From NCBI GenBank assembly GCA_010909165.1, contig MU008165.1:1922001-1986000 (forward strand): a stretch of DNA of 64,000 bases. Direction: 5' to 3'. This document shows, one piece after another, positions 48,012 to 60,700 of this stretch (positions within the stretch are counted from its first letter, which is position 1; each line of letters starts with the position of its first letter). The DNA is from Anthoceros angustus (taxonomy: Eukaryota > Plantae > Anthocerotophyta). The notes below the pieces were generated by a model, which worked only from the letters and a program-made list of their open reading frames with translations, did no database searches and was not told the DNA's origin. The position numbers and the translations under genes are program-made.

Positions 48012-51000
48012 TCACATGCCCATTCCCAAGCCCCAGTAGGCCTGTAAATAAGCCAGATAAGCTGCATGCTGCTGTTGTATGATAGCTTGCATTGCGGTGA
48101 ACTCCTCCTGCATGACATGTCAAACTTTCCAGCATGATCTTGCTTCTCCCAGCCTGCAATTTGCAACCTGAATCCACATCCCAGGACTGCCCAAGGTGTT
48201 CAACCACGCCTTCCATTTGACAAGCATTCCCCACAGAACGATTTCTCCATAAGATATTTCTACCAGTGCATTCCTTCAACCCCCCACCCCGACAAAACCC
48301 CACCTAACATGGCTTGTTGACACTGGATGAGGACAAGCCTTCATCCGAGCATAGCACTCTCAGCAAACATTTTACTCTGGCACTCATGCAAGCTGGGCAA
48401 AGACAAGGTGGATCAAGAACCTGGGTTTGTGGCATTTGAAGCATCTGTGGTATCTGCACCATCTGCGCCATCTGCGCCATTTGAGCCATTTGAGCAATCT
48501 GTGCTATCTGTCCTGTTTGTCCCAGCTGCGTCAATGCGGAGACCGCACTCGCTGGTTCCATAGAGGGAATATTTTGCTGCTCATTCGCAGGTGGTGGTGG
48601 AACAGGTTGGCTATGGACAGGTTGGCTATGCATAGATTGGCTGTGAATGGATTGAGTGTGGACAGGTTGGCTCAAACACTGGTTCAGTCCAGGCTGCGGA
48701 ATTCCAGATTGAGCATTCACGTTTTGGGTCAAACCAGGCTGATTCATCATAGATTGAGCGTGACTCATCATAGACTGCTGATTGTGGTTCATTGAAGGAG
48801 GCTGGGGGTTTAAATCAAAGTGATGCTGCTGGACATCATTGCTCGTCAGCTCTGGTCTCCCGATAGATGCCAAAACTTTTGCAGCTGCTTCTCCCGGCGG
48901 AGGGTGATCAAATATGCAGGATGCCCCAAATTTGCAAGACCCAGTCTTCATGTAGTAGGCACACGGTGCCGAACTCTGCCATCAAAGCACATGAACCAAG
49001 TACAAGAGTAAGGAATGGATACAAGTCATCATCTGCATGACGACCAAAGGCATCTATGAAGGATGACCATATATGACAGGTCGGAACAACAGGACCATCT
49101 GTACTTTCTAGCAAACAGAGCAGGCTTTCCATCATGCAAATCTGTATGCCAAACCGTGATGGAGAGCAGCTGTTGAAGTCTGCCTTGCCCTCACAACCTT
49201 GGGCTGGCTTCTTTCTCAAGATAATTCAACACTCATCAACCGTTGTCACAGACAAATTGGAGCCAACCGCTGAGGGAGAATCATAGGCAAACTCACCTCT
49301 CGTCTAGGAAGACCAGCAAGAGTCATCCTAGAAGCTGTGACAGGGAGTACAGCATTATTGAAAGGCGACATCATAGATGGCCGTCTTAGAGCTGTAGGCA
49401 ATCTGTTTGCAGGATGATTAAAACGGCAGCCCAGCCAATATTTGCAACCCCCCGTTTTTATATAATACTGTGACACCACCCATGCCAAGGTATGAAAAAC
49501 AGCTCTAATTACACACATCATAAGGAAGAGAAGGGACTAAGGCTGCGATGTACATGCAGCACAACTGTCACACGTAACATACTGGACAATCCTCTGCACC
49601 AGGTCTTTGTGGATGCAAGCTGCTTCCATAAACAGTATGAAGACCCTGCGAAAAGGTCAAAGACGATATCTGGTTCATGGAAAACACCCAAAAAAGAGAA
49701 AAAGGGACCTCAAAAGCTTGCTCTGATGTCGCTGCCCATGCCTACAAGGACGTTCAGCTTTCAATCACCTAAAAGCTGTTGTAGAGCAAGTAAAGGCTTA
49801 ACATCCTACAACATTTAAGATGCATGCACTTGTGCGTACCTTGGTTGTCTCACTTGGAGGTATGATTATATTTGAAACTGAACCTAAAGCAAACGAGTTC
49901 AAGTAAGCCTGCAATGTAATGTGGTCCACCAACACTAAAAGGTACATGAAATGCAATGTGGACTGTTACCTAATCTAGATTCTGGATGATTGAACTTGCA
50001 AGAGACACTGTATTTGCAGCTGCAAACAGAAGAACCGCAAGTCAGAAGCTTTACATGTGAAGAGAAATGTGTCTAACACAAGGCAATTCAAGCAAAGTTC
50101 ATTGTGAGACACCAGGAATGCAACTCAAGTGACCCTGGTTTTCACCTCCCCGTCTTCATGAAGAACACACAATCCACACAGCCCTGCACAGTTAAGGACA
50201 AACCAACTCAGGACCCATAGGGTACTTCAGTGTTGTGACCCAACTCTGACTCTTATCATTGCGACACCTGCGAAATTCTTGGTACAATTGCCGTACGGTT
50301 CTTATGGGCAAGCCCTTGGAATTGAGGGAAACAGCTTTCACTTCGGGTAGCCCTGGCACACCATCATCCATGATCCCGGAACCAGGTTTTGAGTCTCCTT
50401 TATTTGTCTGCAGTGCCCTTTCTGGGGGATGATTAAACCTGCACTTGGCACCATATTTGCAATCTCCTGTTTTCATGTAGAACTGTCGTAACATCATTCC
50501 AGACACAGCTGTCAGCAACCTTGCCAAAAAGGACCAAAACCAATCAGCAAGCCCTTCCTGTTTCTACTGATTCTGAAACGTGACTCTCCTTTGTATACTG
50601 TTATGTGCACATAACATATAGAGAACAGCATACATAACATAAGACAGTAAAACCCACAGGTCAGCATCCTTACAGCGCAATCAGGCTCTCCTGGTCTAAC
50701 AGGCAGCGGTCCCTTTTCCGCATTGGCAGCAGCCTGCGGCTGGAAAAAATTGTGTTATGTTGAGCACCTTCCCACTCCTGAGGGCCTTTGAACAGCATTG
50801 CTGCACAAACCAAAATGTACTTACATCCTTCCAACCAGGAATGCCTCCCGGTGGCACCCAAGTGGGATGATCGAATTTGCAGGTTACTCCAAAGCTGCAT
50901 GTCCTCGTAGACATGTAGTAGGCACATTCTTTCTCTCCTGGTCTCTGTGGATAGAGTGGAACACTAACATTCGCAGCGGCAGCAGCAGCAGCAGCGGCGG

Positions 51001-52506
51001 CGACAGCAGCAGCAGCTGAAGTAGCAGAGCCATTCTCCTGCCTAGGACGCTTGGACACGACACCAGGAGGTGGTGAAGCTTCTATTGAATAGTAAGTACC
51101 ACAAAAAACCATGACAGGATATAGAACCACCATGGAATACACATGCAGAAAGGTTAAGTGAATAGAAGTCACCCAGGCCCGTCAGTGTATAGATGACATA
51201 GTCAGTATAAACAAAACAATATTCGAATTCCACATCATAATGAGGGTGTAGATTAGTATATAATATACCGTATTGCAGTTTACCGCGGTAGTAGGAAGGG
51301 CCAGATATTGATAGAGCCCAACATATATTGTATAGCAGCACACCAAGTAGTAGCCAGCAATTTCCAGTAGTATATTGTACCAATGCAACGGAGCAACACC
51401 ATTTGTCAGATTATGAATCTAACCTTTCTCACAACTTTTCTGAGCACCAACTCTGGAGTTTTATTCTGTTTGAGAACCACTCACAAACCTTTCACAAAAA
51501 TGACTTCTACAAAAGGACTTCTAAGCACAGAAGCCTGAGGGTGCCAGAAAACAAACTTCTCATCAAAGTTGCATACAGTGGCATTGTAAGAGAGTGCAAT
51601 GAGAAGCTCTATGTATAACACTGCATCTACGCTATCTATGAAAACTGCCTACACAGACTCTAACGAACAGACAGGTGCAGCTTTGTAGTCATGGAACACC
51701 CGTGAAATGAAAGCTTCCACAATCAACGATCAAAGATGCAAGAATAAAAAATCTCATCTTCTGCCACGGTAGGTAGTACTCGTATAGATATGTATAAAAT
51801 TTCATGACTATCGTATTTAAAAAGTTATTATGTCCATTATTCATTCATTCAGGCCGTATAAACAATATATTAGCAGCCAAGACATAGTTACAAGCCTGCA
51901 ACCAGTTATCCCCGCAGATACACACTCGTGCAAGAGAAAAGGTGATCCACATTAGGTTATCAATTGAACTACAAACCCATGTACTACAAGCTGCACCTGC
52001 ACTGAATTAAGTACATATCGTTATTCACATCTCCTAGGACAGGACAACAGGGTTCTCAGACGGACGCTGGTACTGTCTGGTGTTAGTTGCAGACGCTGGT
52101 ACTGTCTGGTGTTAGCTGCAGCTGTACGTGCGCAAAGAAAATCTATAATTGGCTGACGAGGTTGGAAAAGAGTGGTCTAAATCCAGACAAGAGAACCCGC
52201 AGAAATGAAGGGCACGTACACATGAACATGCTGGAAGACAGACAAACAGAGACCAGAACCCACAGCCAGAAAAATTCCATGAAGCATACCTTCTTCATTC
52301 GGCCGCTTGATCCCACCCCCTCCTTGTTCGTAAGCGTACGAGTCGGGCGGATACATGACTGGGTAAGACTGCGCAGATCCCGACTGTTGTTGCCCACTTC
52401 CAGGAGGAGAGGAGAAGACCGCAGTAGTCTCGCTTGGCGGAGGGGGATGGAAATATGGACCAGTGTACTGCGTCTGGGGGTAAAACTGGGGAGTCGGGGT
52501 TGCCAT
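48012..52506 (-). CDS. HUA1: HUA1-like tandem CCCH zinc-finger RNA-binding protein
   Basis: [61 protein letters not shown] and [23 protein letters not shown] match the HUA1 pattern. Last exon EEFTAMQ...GLGMGM-stop (48012) is inferred from splice phase. Confidence 0.87.
52063..52120. repeat. 29-bp tandem duplication in HUA1 intron 1
   Basis: GACGCTGGTACTGTCTGGTGTTAG(T/C)TGCA at 52063 and 52092. Confidence 0.85.
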
Positions 52507-53174
52507 AGGCGCAATCACCAACCCACCACCAGCAATTGCTGCCCCCTCTACTCTCAAATTCAACCTCCAGCAGTTACCGCCAGAGCATTCGCCGATCCAT
52601 CCTCAAGTCCCAATCAGCAATGTCCGCTAGCTGCACCCCGGAAGCCAACACTCTCAGCTTGTCAAGGTGAGGCCCTGAATTGAAGGACACCTCGCCTTGC
52701 ATCGCCTCGCCTCACAACACAAAGCCCATCACTGTTACCGCCCACCGGGACCAGGGATCCACCTGCCTCGGACGCATCACTGAGCTCACAGCACGGACCT
52801 GATCTCTCTCCCGGGCGAACAGCATGCATGAAGCCCGAGTGTGCAGCCCTATAGCAGTCCCCTCCATGCAATGTGCCTCATCCTGGGAGGGATTCCGGAT
52901 CAGATAGCATGCCGGAGCAGAATTGCGGACAGGGAGAGCAGGGAAGGTAGAAATGGGCAAGGAGGGCAGAAGATGTGGGAGGGATCGAGATGGGAATTGG
53001 GCGATGCGTGCGTGTGGTGAAGAGGGAGCAGGCGGGTGGGTGGGAGCAATCTGGGAAAGCGGGGCAGCAGGAAAGCCAAGGGAGAGGGAAAGGAGAGAGC
53101 AGGAGGAGTTCGGGGCAGAAGGAGTTCGGGACAGAAGGAGGCCTAACTGAAAGGGGGCAAGGTGCGGGAGGGAG

Positions 53175-53184
53175 GGCCCACGTG
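53175..53184. promoter_or_regulatory. Overlapping site-II/TCP-like (GGCCCA) and G-box (CACGTG) motif between divergent HUA1 and C2H2 genes
   Basis: Sequence GGCCCACGTG seen directly. Function is not demonstrated. Confidence 0.3.
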
Positions 53185-54828
53185 GCGGCGGGGCGGTTAT
53201 CTCTTCCCCTTCAGTTTGCAGCTTGTCGGGCAGCACCATCGAATCTCCCCCATTTTCGAGCGCTCCAGCCGAGCAATCGGGACTGCCTGCCTGCTTCCGG
53301 CGCGCGGGGGGGCAGGGCTATGCAGCACCAAGCTGCCAGCCATGGCATTAGCAGCAGAGCTCCAAGCGGTACAGCCGCCGCCCCCGCCTCCGCCTCCGCC
53401 TCCGGCTGATTCTCCCTCGCCGAGGCTGTTTGCTGCAAAAGGAAAACACGAGGCGTCGCGGCCCTTGCAACTCTTGATCTCCGCTGCTGCTGCTGCTGCT
53501 GCTGCTGCCTCTGCTGCGGCTGTCGCACTGCTAGCCTAGCGTGGGCCTCGCCACGCCCCGCCCGGCGGAGGCTACCCTGCGCGCTGCGCCCTGTCCCCTC
53601 CCATCCCGGCCCACGCCCGGCCTCCTCTCTACCTGCCGGCTCCTCCACCTGCCTCGCACACTTGGAACTCCCCTCCGACTGCTGCTTCAGCTCGCTTCTT
53701 GGTTGCCAAGCTTATGCGGCTTCCATGGAAGCTCCTGCCGCTCCTGGATTGCGCTCTCGCTGCTCACCACCGGGAACTTGACTGCTGCAGTGGTATCCTT
53801 CTGCTCTTCTTTTTCCTCCTCCTCCTCCTGCTGCTCTTGCCTGCCTATGCACTTCATCAATCATCCCCGCTGCCATCGCGTCTCCCCGTCCCAGCAAGCA
53901 GACTGCCATCTGCAATCAATCCATCTAGACCTTTGCATTTCCTGTTCTTCATGCCAATCTCTGACACGGAACAGTCCGAATCCAGCTTACTGTCTCCCTT
54001 TTCTTGGGCATTCCGGGTTGCACTGCATTGGGTGCATACATCTGTCACTGCTTCTTGTATATCATCTTTGTTTGTTGCGGACGCGACTAAGCTCGTCTGC
54101 AGCTTTTGCACCCATCTTCAAGTCTTTCCAATGCCTTCAATTCTTGACATACACGCGCTCCACTCTGCCAGTCACAGGCAGATGAGATGTGATTCCTTAA
54201 ACTCATAAATTCATCCATATCTGCTTTGAACTGTCTTCTCCTCAAAGTCTTGAGCTCAAAGCGACATGCATCACTCGCTAAGAATCCCTACATAACTTGG
54301 ATCACGTCAAATTCAGTTGTCTCACAGCAGGCCAAGAAGTGGAAGGATTGTGAACCAACTAGCAATTTGAATTTCAACAATTTCTGTGCGGACACTTCGA
54401 CCCCTTCGTTGCCTTTCATGCCCAACCTTGCTCACAGTGGGCAGGTAGCTCAAATGGGTCACAAATCAGCTGCTTCCCACTAGGGTTTCGACTTTCCTCT
54501 TGCCCACAGGATGTAGCTAGCTAGCTGACAGCGTCCCTGCTTCCAGGCCTTGTGACGATTTGTGCCATACTTTCCTTCACTCACATGACAAAACTGATGC
54601 CCATGTCGTCACCTGTCTTTGTTGTTGGTTCTCTGCAGGGCAGCTGACACAGTCTCTCGGAGATCCCATGTCACAGTGGCGATGGAGCAGGGCAGATTCG
54701 GGCCTCTTCTTTCCGTCTTCGTCTCTGACTGTGACTGAATTCCGAGGCTGGACTTGGGATCGTTAAAGTCATGACACGGCACACCACACAAGCTGCGCAT
54801 CAACCCGTTCTCATCTGCGGCTGGCACA

Positions 54829-57489
54829 ATGGAAGGAGCTGTTGGTGACGACGGCAGCTCGCGAGCTGCCATGCAGTTGCGATCCAGCACGGAGTGCAAA
54901 AATGAAACATGCGTTGGACAACAGCCTTGTTGTCATTGTGATGAGGAAGAATCCATGTGTTTGACACTTGAGCAACACCTACAATCCAGTGAGCTTGAGC
55001 TGGGAGCTGAGGAAGCGGCCAACCAAAAGACCAAGAGCCTAGTTATCTGCTGTGACCTGGGTGATGGTGAGAAGGCACATGCCTGCCAGTCTGGCGATGA
55101 TGAGCCTAGCCTGAACGACGAGGAGCTGCAGCTGGAAGACGATGGCAGCAGTATCAACATTCCGGAAAGCGGCACTCACATCTGCCGCCTGTGCAAGAGG
55201 AGGTTCTCGTCTGGACGAGCCTTGGGAGGCCACATGCGGGCCCATGGCTCTCTGTCACTGGAGGATGGCGGCGGCACTTCTTGTTGCAATGGTGTGGATG
55301 ACAAGGAGCAGGCCGGGGATGGTGGTGGCAGCTCGGAACTTGACTGCTCCAGCAGTGGGCTTCCCCTCTTTTTTCCCAAGGACATCGCCAGGGTGTCAAT
55401 GCAAGCACTGCAAGGCCCACCCAAGGACTTTGACATCGGCAAGCAACACCTCGGCATGGATCAGGACGAAGAGAAGGAGCACAGTGCAAAAAGCAGCACG
55501 GAAGCAAGAGAGGAGGAAGAAGGAGGGGCCGAGGCACATGCAGTGACCACCACCCACGTTTGCGAGGCCTGTGACAAGGAGTTCGAAAATGCCGCGGACC
55601 TGGACCTCCACAGGAAGGTGCACCCTCAGTACGGCCTGCGCAGCAACCCGAAACGCAGCCGCAGATTCATCGACCAGGACTACACATTCGATGAAGCAAC
55701 ATCCAGTGTGCCGGTGAAGAAAACCACCTCCATCTTCAGCGAGAAGGCTCGGGCATGCACAGAGTGCGGCAAGGAATTCTCTTCCTGGAAGGCCTTGTTT
55801 GGGCACATGAGATGCCATCCCGAGAGAGAGTGGAGGGGAATTCAGCCCCCAGAAAACGCCTCTAAGCAAGGCAGTGGAAGCAGCTCCGCACCGCTACCAC
55901 GGCGCAGGAAAAAGCCTCCCAGCAGTAACATAGCCGCAGCCGCCGCCGCCACAGCCACCACTCCCGTCACCACTGCTGCTGCTGCTGGATCACGTGACCT
56001 GCACACAGTCTGCGAGCCGAAAGAGGGTCAGAGTCATGACATGAAGGTGAGCTTCTCGGATGATGAGAGTGATACTGAGAGCATCGAGGCAGCCTACATG
56101 AATGGTAGCATGCACCCCAGCTTTCACGGCTGGATGACTGGGAAACGCTCGAAGCGGCCCCGACAATTTGTGCGCTCACTGCAAGATGCTTGTCAACATG
56201 CTTCCGATGGCACCCCATCCACCACCACACCCACAGAGATCAAGGAGGAACAGGACATGGCCAACTGCCTCGTCATGTTAGCATGTGCTGGGCGAACCCT
56301 CAGGCGGACCAGCTCTGATCAGCAACTGGACAAAGACTCCACCTCTTTGGAATCGAAGGATCACGGCTTTCAGATGGACACCAAGGACTACATGGAGACC
56401 TCCACAGGAACCATGTCTCCTAGGAATGGCACTCGTGTCTTGCCACAGGCCAAGTATGACAGGGAGATGGACAGGGATTTGGATGGGGGGAGCCTGTGTG
56501 AGGAGAACGAGGAGGAATTCGACGGGGTTGATCCGGGAGCTGGAGGGTGTAGGCTCAAGTATGAGTGTACTACATGTAAGAGGATCTTCAAGTCTCACCA
56601 AGCTTTAGGGGGCCACCGTGCCAGTCATAAAAAGGTTAAAGGTTGCTTTGCCAGAACAAACATGAGCACTGGCTTGCAAGAGATTCAGGAAGATGGGATC
56701 AGTGAAGAGTTCCTCAAGTCCAAGGAGCTACTGTCGACTTTCGAGCTTCAGGATACCTCTCAAAGTGAAGACTGGAAAGAGACATACCTGACCAAAGAAG
56801 ACAGTGAAGAGCTCATGAGTGTGGCAAGGAAATCCAAGGGCCATGAGTGCTCCATCTGCCATCGAGTCTTCTCCTCTGGCCAAGCTCTGGGAGGCCACAA
56901 AAGATGTCACTGGGGAGGCGCTGGAACCAGCTCGGATATGATTAGTGTCGTATCAAGCAACACTAAGCAGCCAATGCTCCAGTTGAGTCAAACACCGACT
57001 TTCAAAAAAATCCTTGATTTGAATTTGCCAGCCCCCGTAGACGACCCAGATTGTGTGCATGACCTAGCAGCCCCTTTTCTCCCAGCATATGTTAATAGAC
57101 TTGCACCCAGGTCAAGTCTGGCAAGTGCTGAAAGGACCATTGACTTCCTTGTTCACAGGAAAACTAGGAATAGCCTTGATATCCTAGATGATCCAACCAA
57201 ATTACACGACGAGGATGAGGAGTGTAACCTTTATAGCACAGAAGAGTGTGTTGCTCCAAATCAAGCTGATGAAGAAGTGGAAACCTCGTTGATGAGCAAC
57301 CAAAATGGCATGGATTTGACATCAAAAACGGGCTTAATGGAAGATGGTATAGACTTCAGTTGCACAAGATACTTGAGGTGCAACATCTGTGACAGACTGT
57401 TCACCTCCATGGAAGCCTTCTGCAACCACCGTAAAACCCATGCTCCCATGATGTCGTCTGTTCCTGGCCTCACTCCAATCTCTGCTTAA
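54829..57489 (+). CDS. C2H2 zinc-finger protein (QALGGH/C1 family) with EAR motif, intronless, 886 aa
   Basis: Fingers with RALGGHMRAH, WKALFGHMRCH, QALGGHRASH and QALGGHKRCH plus two non-QALGGH CxxC..H..H fingers. YGLRSNPKRS motif, L-box DMANCLVMLA, EAR motif LDLNLP. In-frame stop upstream at 54772. Confidence 0.92.
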   Translation: MEGAVGDDGSSRAAMQLRSSTECKNETCVGQQPCCHCDEEESMCLTLEQHLQSSELELGAEEAANQKTKSLVICCDLGDGEKAHACQSGDDEPSLNDEELQLEDDGSSINIPESGTHICRLCKRRFSSGRALGGHMRAHGSLSLEDGGGTSCCNGVDDKEQAGDGGGSSELDCSSSGLPLFFPKDIARVSMQALQGPPKDFDIGKQHLGMDQDEEKEHSAKSSTEAREEEEGGAEAHAVTTTHVCEACDKEFENAADLDLHRKVHPQYGLRSNPKRSRRFIDQDYTFDEATSSVPVKKTTSIFSEKARACTECGKEFSSWKALFGHMRCHPEREWRGIQPPENASKQGSGSSSAPLPRRRKKPPSSNIAAAAAATATTPVTTAAAAGSRDLHTVCEPKEGQSHDMKVSFSDDESDTESIEAAYMNGSMHPSFHGWMTGKRSKRPRQFVRSLQDACQHASDGTPSTTTPTEIKEEQDMANCLVMLACAGRTLRRTSSDQQLDKDSTSLESKDHGFQMDTKDYMETSTGTMSPRNGTRVLPQAKYDREMDRDLDGGSLCEENEEEFDGVDPGAGGCRLKYECTTCKRIFKSHQALGGHRASHKKVKGCFARTNMSTGLQEIQEDGISEEFLKSKELLSTFELQDTSQSEDWKETYLTKEDSEELMSVARKSKGHECSICHRVFSSGQALGGHKRCHWGGAGTSSDMISVVSSNTKQPMLQLSQTPTFKKILDLNLPAPVDDPDCVHDLAAPFLPAYVNRLAPRSSLASAERTIDFLVHRKTRNSLDILDDPTKLHDEDEECNLYSTEECVAPNQADEEVETSLMSNQNGMDLTSKTGLMEDGIDFSCTRYLRCNICDRLFTSMEAFCNHRKTHAPMMSSVPGLTPISA

Positions 57490-57731
57490 GTACCATTTCT
57501 ATGTCATTGTTTCTTAACCATTCAAAGCCTAACCCTGAATGATGGTAGATTGACTAGGTCATTTTTGGGGCACAGCAAGTTGTGCACACCTTGTTTCCTC
57601 ATAACATGGTATATTGTTTTCCTTCATTGAATCACTGACCCACATGGGTCACTTGTAATATTTCAATATAAGAGATTTGGCAAAATCAATAAGCCTGTGC
57701 CGTGAACCAACCTCAAACAACCATCGTGAAG

Positions 57732-60700
57732 CTACACCTCTGTTTCATTCTGCTCTAAGTTAAGCTGAGAAAGCAGAGTTTCCAGCAACTGCGAGCAGGT
57801 GTCAGGTTCAGTCGTGGGTCCGACAAGCAAATAGACCACGTTGCCCAGCGGACGTGCGTAAACTCCGTTATCCCTAAGTCCTCGCAGAAGCCATCTAGCT
57901 TGCATCGAGGCATACCTGCAGTTTTGCGATTGAGTGGTGTTAAACGTGTGGAAAAGGTTTCCTTCCAAGCTCCAGGGAACCGGTTTCATCATTTCAATTT
58001 GTGGCGCGCTCTAAGGAAGAGAAAGAGAACTTACCCAGACTCTGATGGGCTCGACCTCAGCTCTAGGGCAAACAGTGTACCAATATGCACAACTCGCTCC
58101 ACTCGTTGATGCCGTGATATAGCGTTCACCAACTGAGGATCCCACAACTGCAAGCCAACTGTGTGAGCTAAGCCATCTAGATGGTTGCAGGAAGCTCCAG
58201 TGCATTTCACTCTCTCAAATAACTATGGTTACCTCCTGCAGTCTTCGTGGATTAGCAAGGAGGTTAGGGTTCTTTGCAGGGTCAGCAAAACTTTGGAGGG
58301 CTGTCACTGCCGCCATGCAACCGATGGGATTTGCGGAGTAGGAGTGGCCGTGCAACAGGGCATTCAGCTGATAAAAGGAGAAAGTTAGCGTCAGAGCTAC
58401 ACATAATGAATATGAGCTCGAACACGTAGGCCCCAACAGCTTGTGCATGCCCACCTTTGACTGGCTTCTAAACACATTGTAGACAGCCTCGGAAGCGAGA
58501 GTGGTTGCCATCGGTACCATCCCACCAGTGAGAAGCTTTGCATAGCACGCAATGTCGGGAGTGATGTGGAGAAGCTCCGCCGCAGACTGTAACCAAGCGC
58601 CAACTCACTTCAGTGCGGCTTCATCGAAGGTGCCGATGCAATCTGACGTTCCAGAACATCTCACGGCTTTGCAAGACAGCCAAATGCACAGGGATCCGTG
58701 CTCATACCTCTGTGCCGAGTCTCCAGCACCCAGCAAACACTTCATCAAAAATAACTGGAATGCCATGTTGCCTGCACTTCCGCACGAGAACTCGCTGGAA
58801 TAAAGGGTCCAGCATATGCATGCCTCCAGCTCCATGTACCACTGAAGAGTATACAAAGTACCATCAGATACCCAATATACCATCGAGTGCATAACCGTTA
58901 AAGAAGCAGAAGTTTTGTCGGAGAGCATCGCATTACCAGGTTCCAGTATCAGCGCAGCAATCTTTGTTGTATCGTGCTTTGATACAGCCTGTGAAAGCGT
59001 TTGATCCATAACGGCACCATACACTCCAGCCAAAGTCGTGTTGTCCCTACTCTTTGCGAAAATGTCCTCCCTCCTATTCCAAACGAGTGACACTGTACAC
59101 AAACCAAATCCTTCACCAACTCCAGCTAGCCACCAACGAGTACAATGACGCAGAAAGTTTAGTCACGACACTTTCATTAACTAAAACACGTACCTGGATC
59201 CAGCTTGTGGTATGCTTCCGGCAGGTGCAAGAGCCAATGATGGCCTGCCTGAAGAGAAACAGTCGGCGGATCCAAGAACAAACCCCGCCCTGAGTACCTG
59301 TCACGATGGATTTTGAGACATTGAGGTACCCGCTCATGTTAAACACACCACCATTTCAAGTGCGAAGTACATAACACACCAAGGCTGTTGGAGAAATCCA
59401 GTGTAGGCAGATGGCGCTTGGGCTTCCATAGCGCCTAGGGTATCACCATGGTAAGAACCCTTCAGGGCTAGAACCTGAACAGAGTCATTCAGTCAGTCAA
59501 GTCTTCACCTCATGCTCCAATTCCAGGGATGAAATGGTACATGCGCATCATTCCAACCTTGAACTGCAGGCTATGCTCTGATGACAGCGCCCCGCTTTCA
59601 TGTAAGGCGGCATACCCATGATCAACGGCAAACTTTCGGAAAGCCATTTTTATGGCTATCTCGATTGCGGTGGATCCATTATCGGAGAAATACACGCGGT
59701 CTGCCCAGCCTGTCATAGAAACAGAGAGTACACTTGCAGCCCTCAGGACAAAGATTCGTAAGCAGCCATGTACCCTCTCTCAACGATGATGCATCATACC
59801 TCTCCCGGGACCACTAAGAAGGAGCTCTGTGCAACGTAGAGACGGTTCGTACACATTCTCAGGGAACATCACATGCCCGTAGCGCCCAGCAGCATATGCC
59901 ATTTCTCTTGCAAACTCCAACTGCCGAAAAGAAACACGTGTTCAGGTGAGAAATAGGTAGCATTTATGACAAGACTGTAATATGCATGGCAATCATTTAA
60001 AGGATAGTACCTGCAATTCCGCATTGGGTCCTTGTGTCCACCAGCTTGCACAGCCATCAAACTGTTTCCTCATCTCAGGCCTGTTTGATTTGGGATCGAT
60101 CTGGACAGGTAGGACTGTCGGTAAAGTACATGCCCTGATGACGTTGTAATGAAGGAGAGGAAGCTGCTATGGGCTCAAACAAACCTTAAACACACTGAAA
60201 TGCCCTCCACAACGTGAGTCAATTACAGTGACATCCTCTTCGCTCACAAGTGAGTGCTGGGTGAAAGGCCACCACAAGGACTGCATAGCCTTTGCAGGCA
60301 TGGTTCGCAACCTGTTGAGCCTATGCAGATGAGCCTCTTCCAGTACATTCCGGAGCTGAGCAAACACTGACTCGGATCTTGCATACCAGTCTGCCAGATC
60401 CCTGACAGATTTTGCAGGGACGGGAGGAAGACAAAGTACGGGAACCCTGGAAGCCAAAAAAAAAAAAAGATGACATGGCGACATCAGCTGATCCCTGACT
60501 ACCAGACCTGAAGAGCAGAAATAGCAAAAACTAAACTCTGCACGATTGTAATACCTGCTTGGCAAACACTTTCGCAAGGCTTCCTCATTGCCCAGACCAG
60601 AATCTACCAGGATGACAGCGTCAGTGTCATATCCACGCAGCTGAAGGCTCTCAAACGCAGCAATTGTGGAGGAAATGCCCCCCAGCTTCCCATCCCCCAC

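Noticed and set aside
53857-54111. Protein-like 84-aa minus-strand ORF
   Set aside because: It has a non-ATG start with an in-frame stop just upstream, and is antisense to a CT-rich leader-like region.
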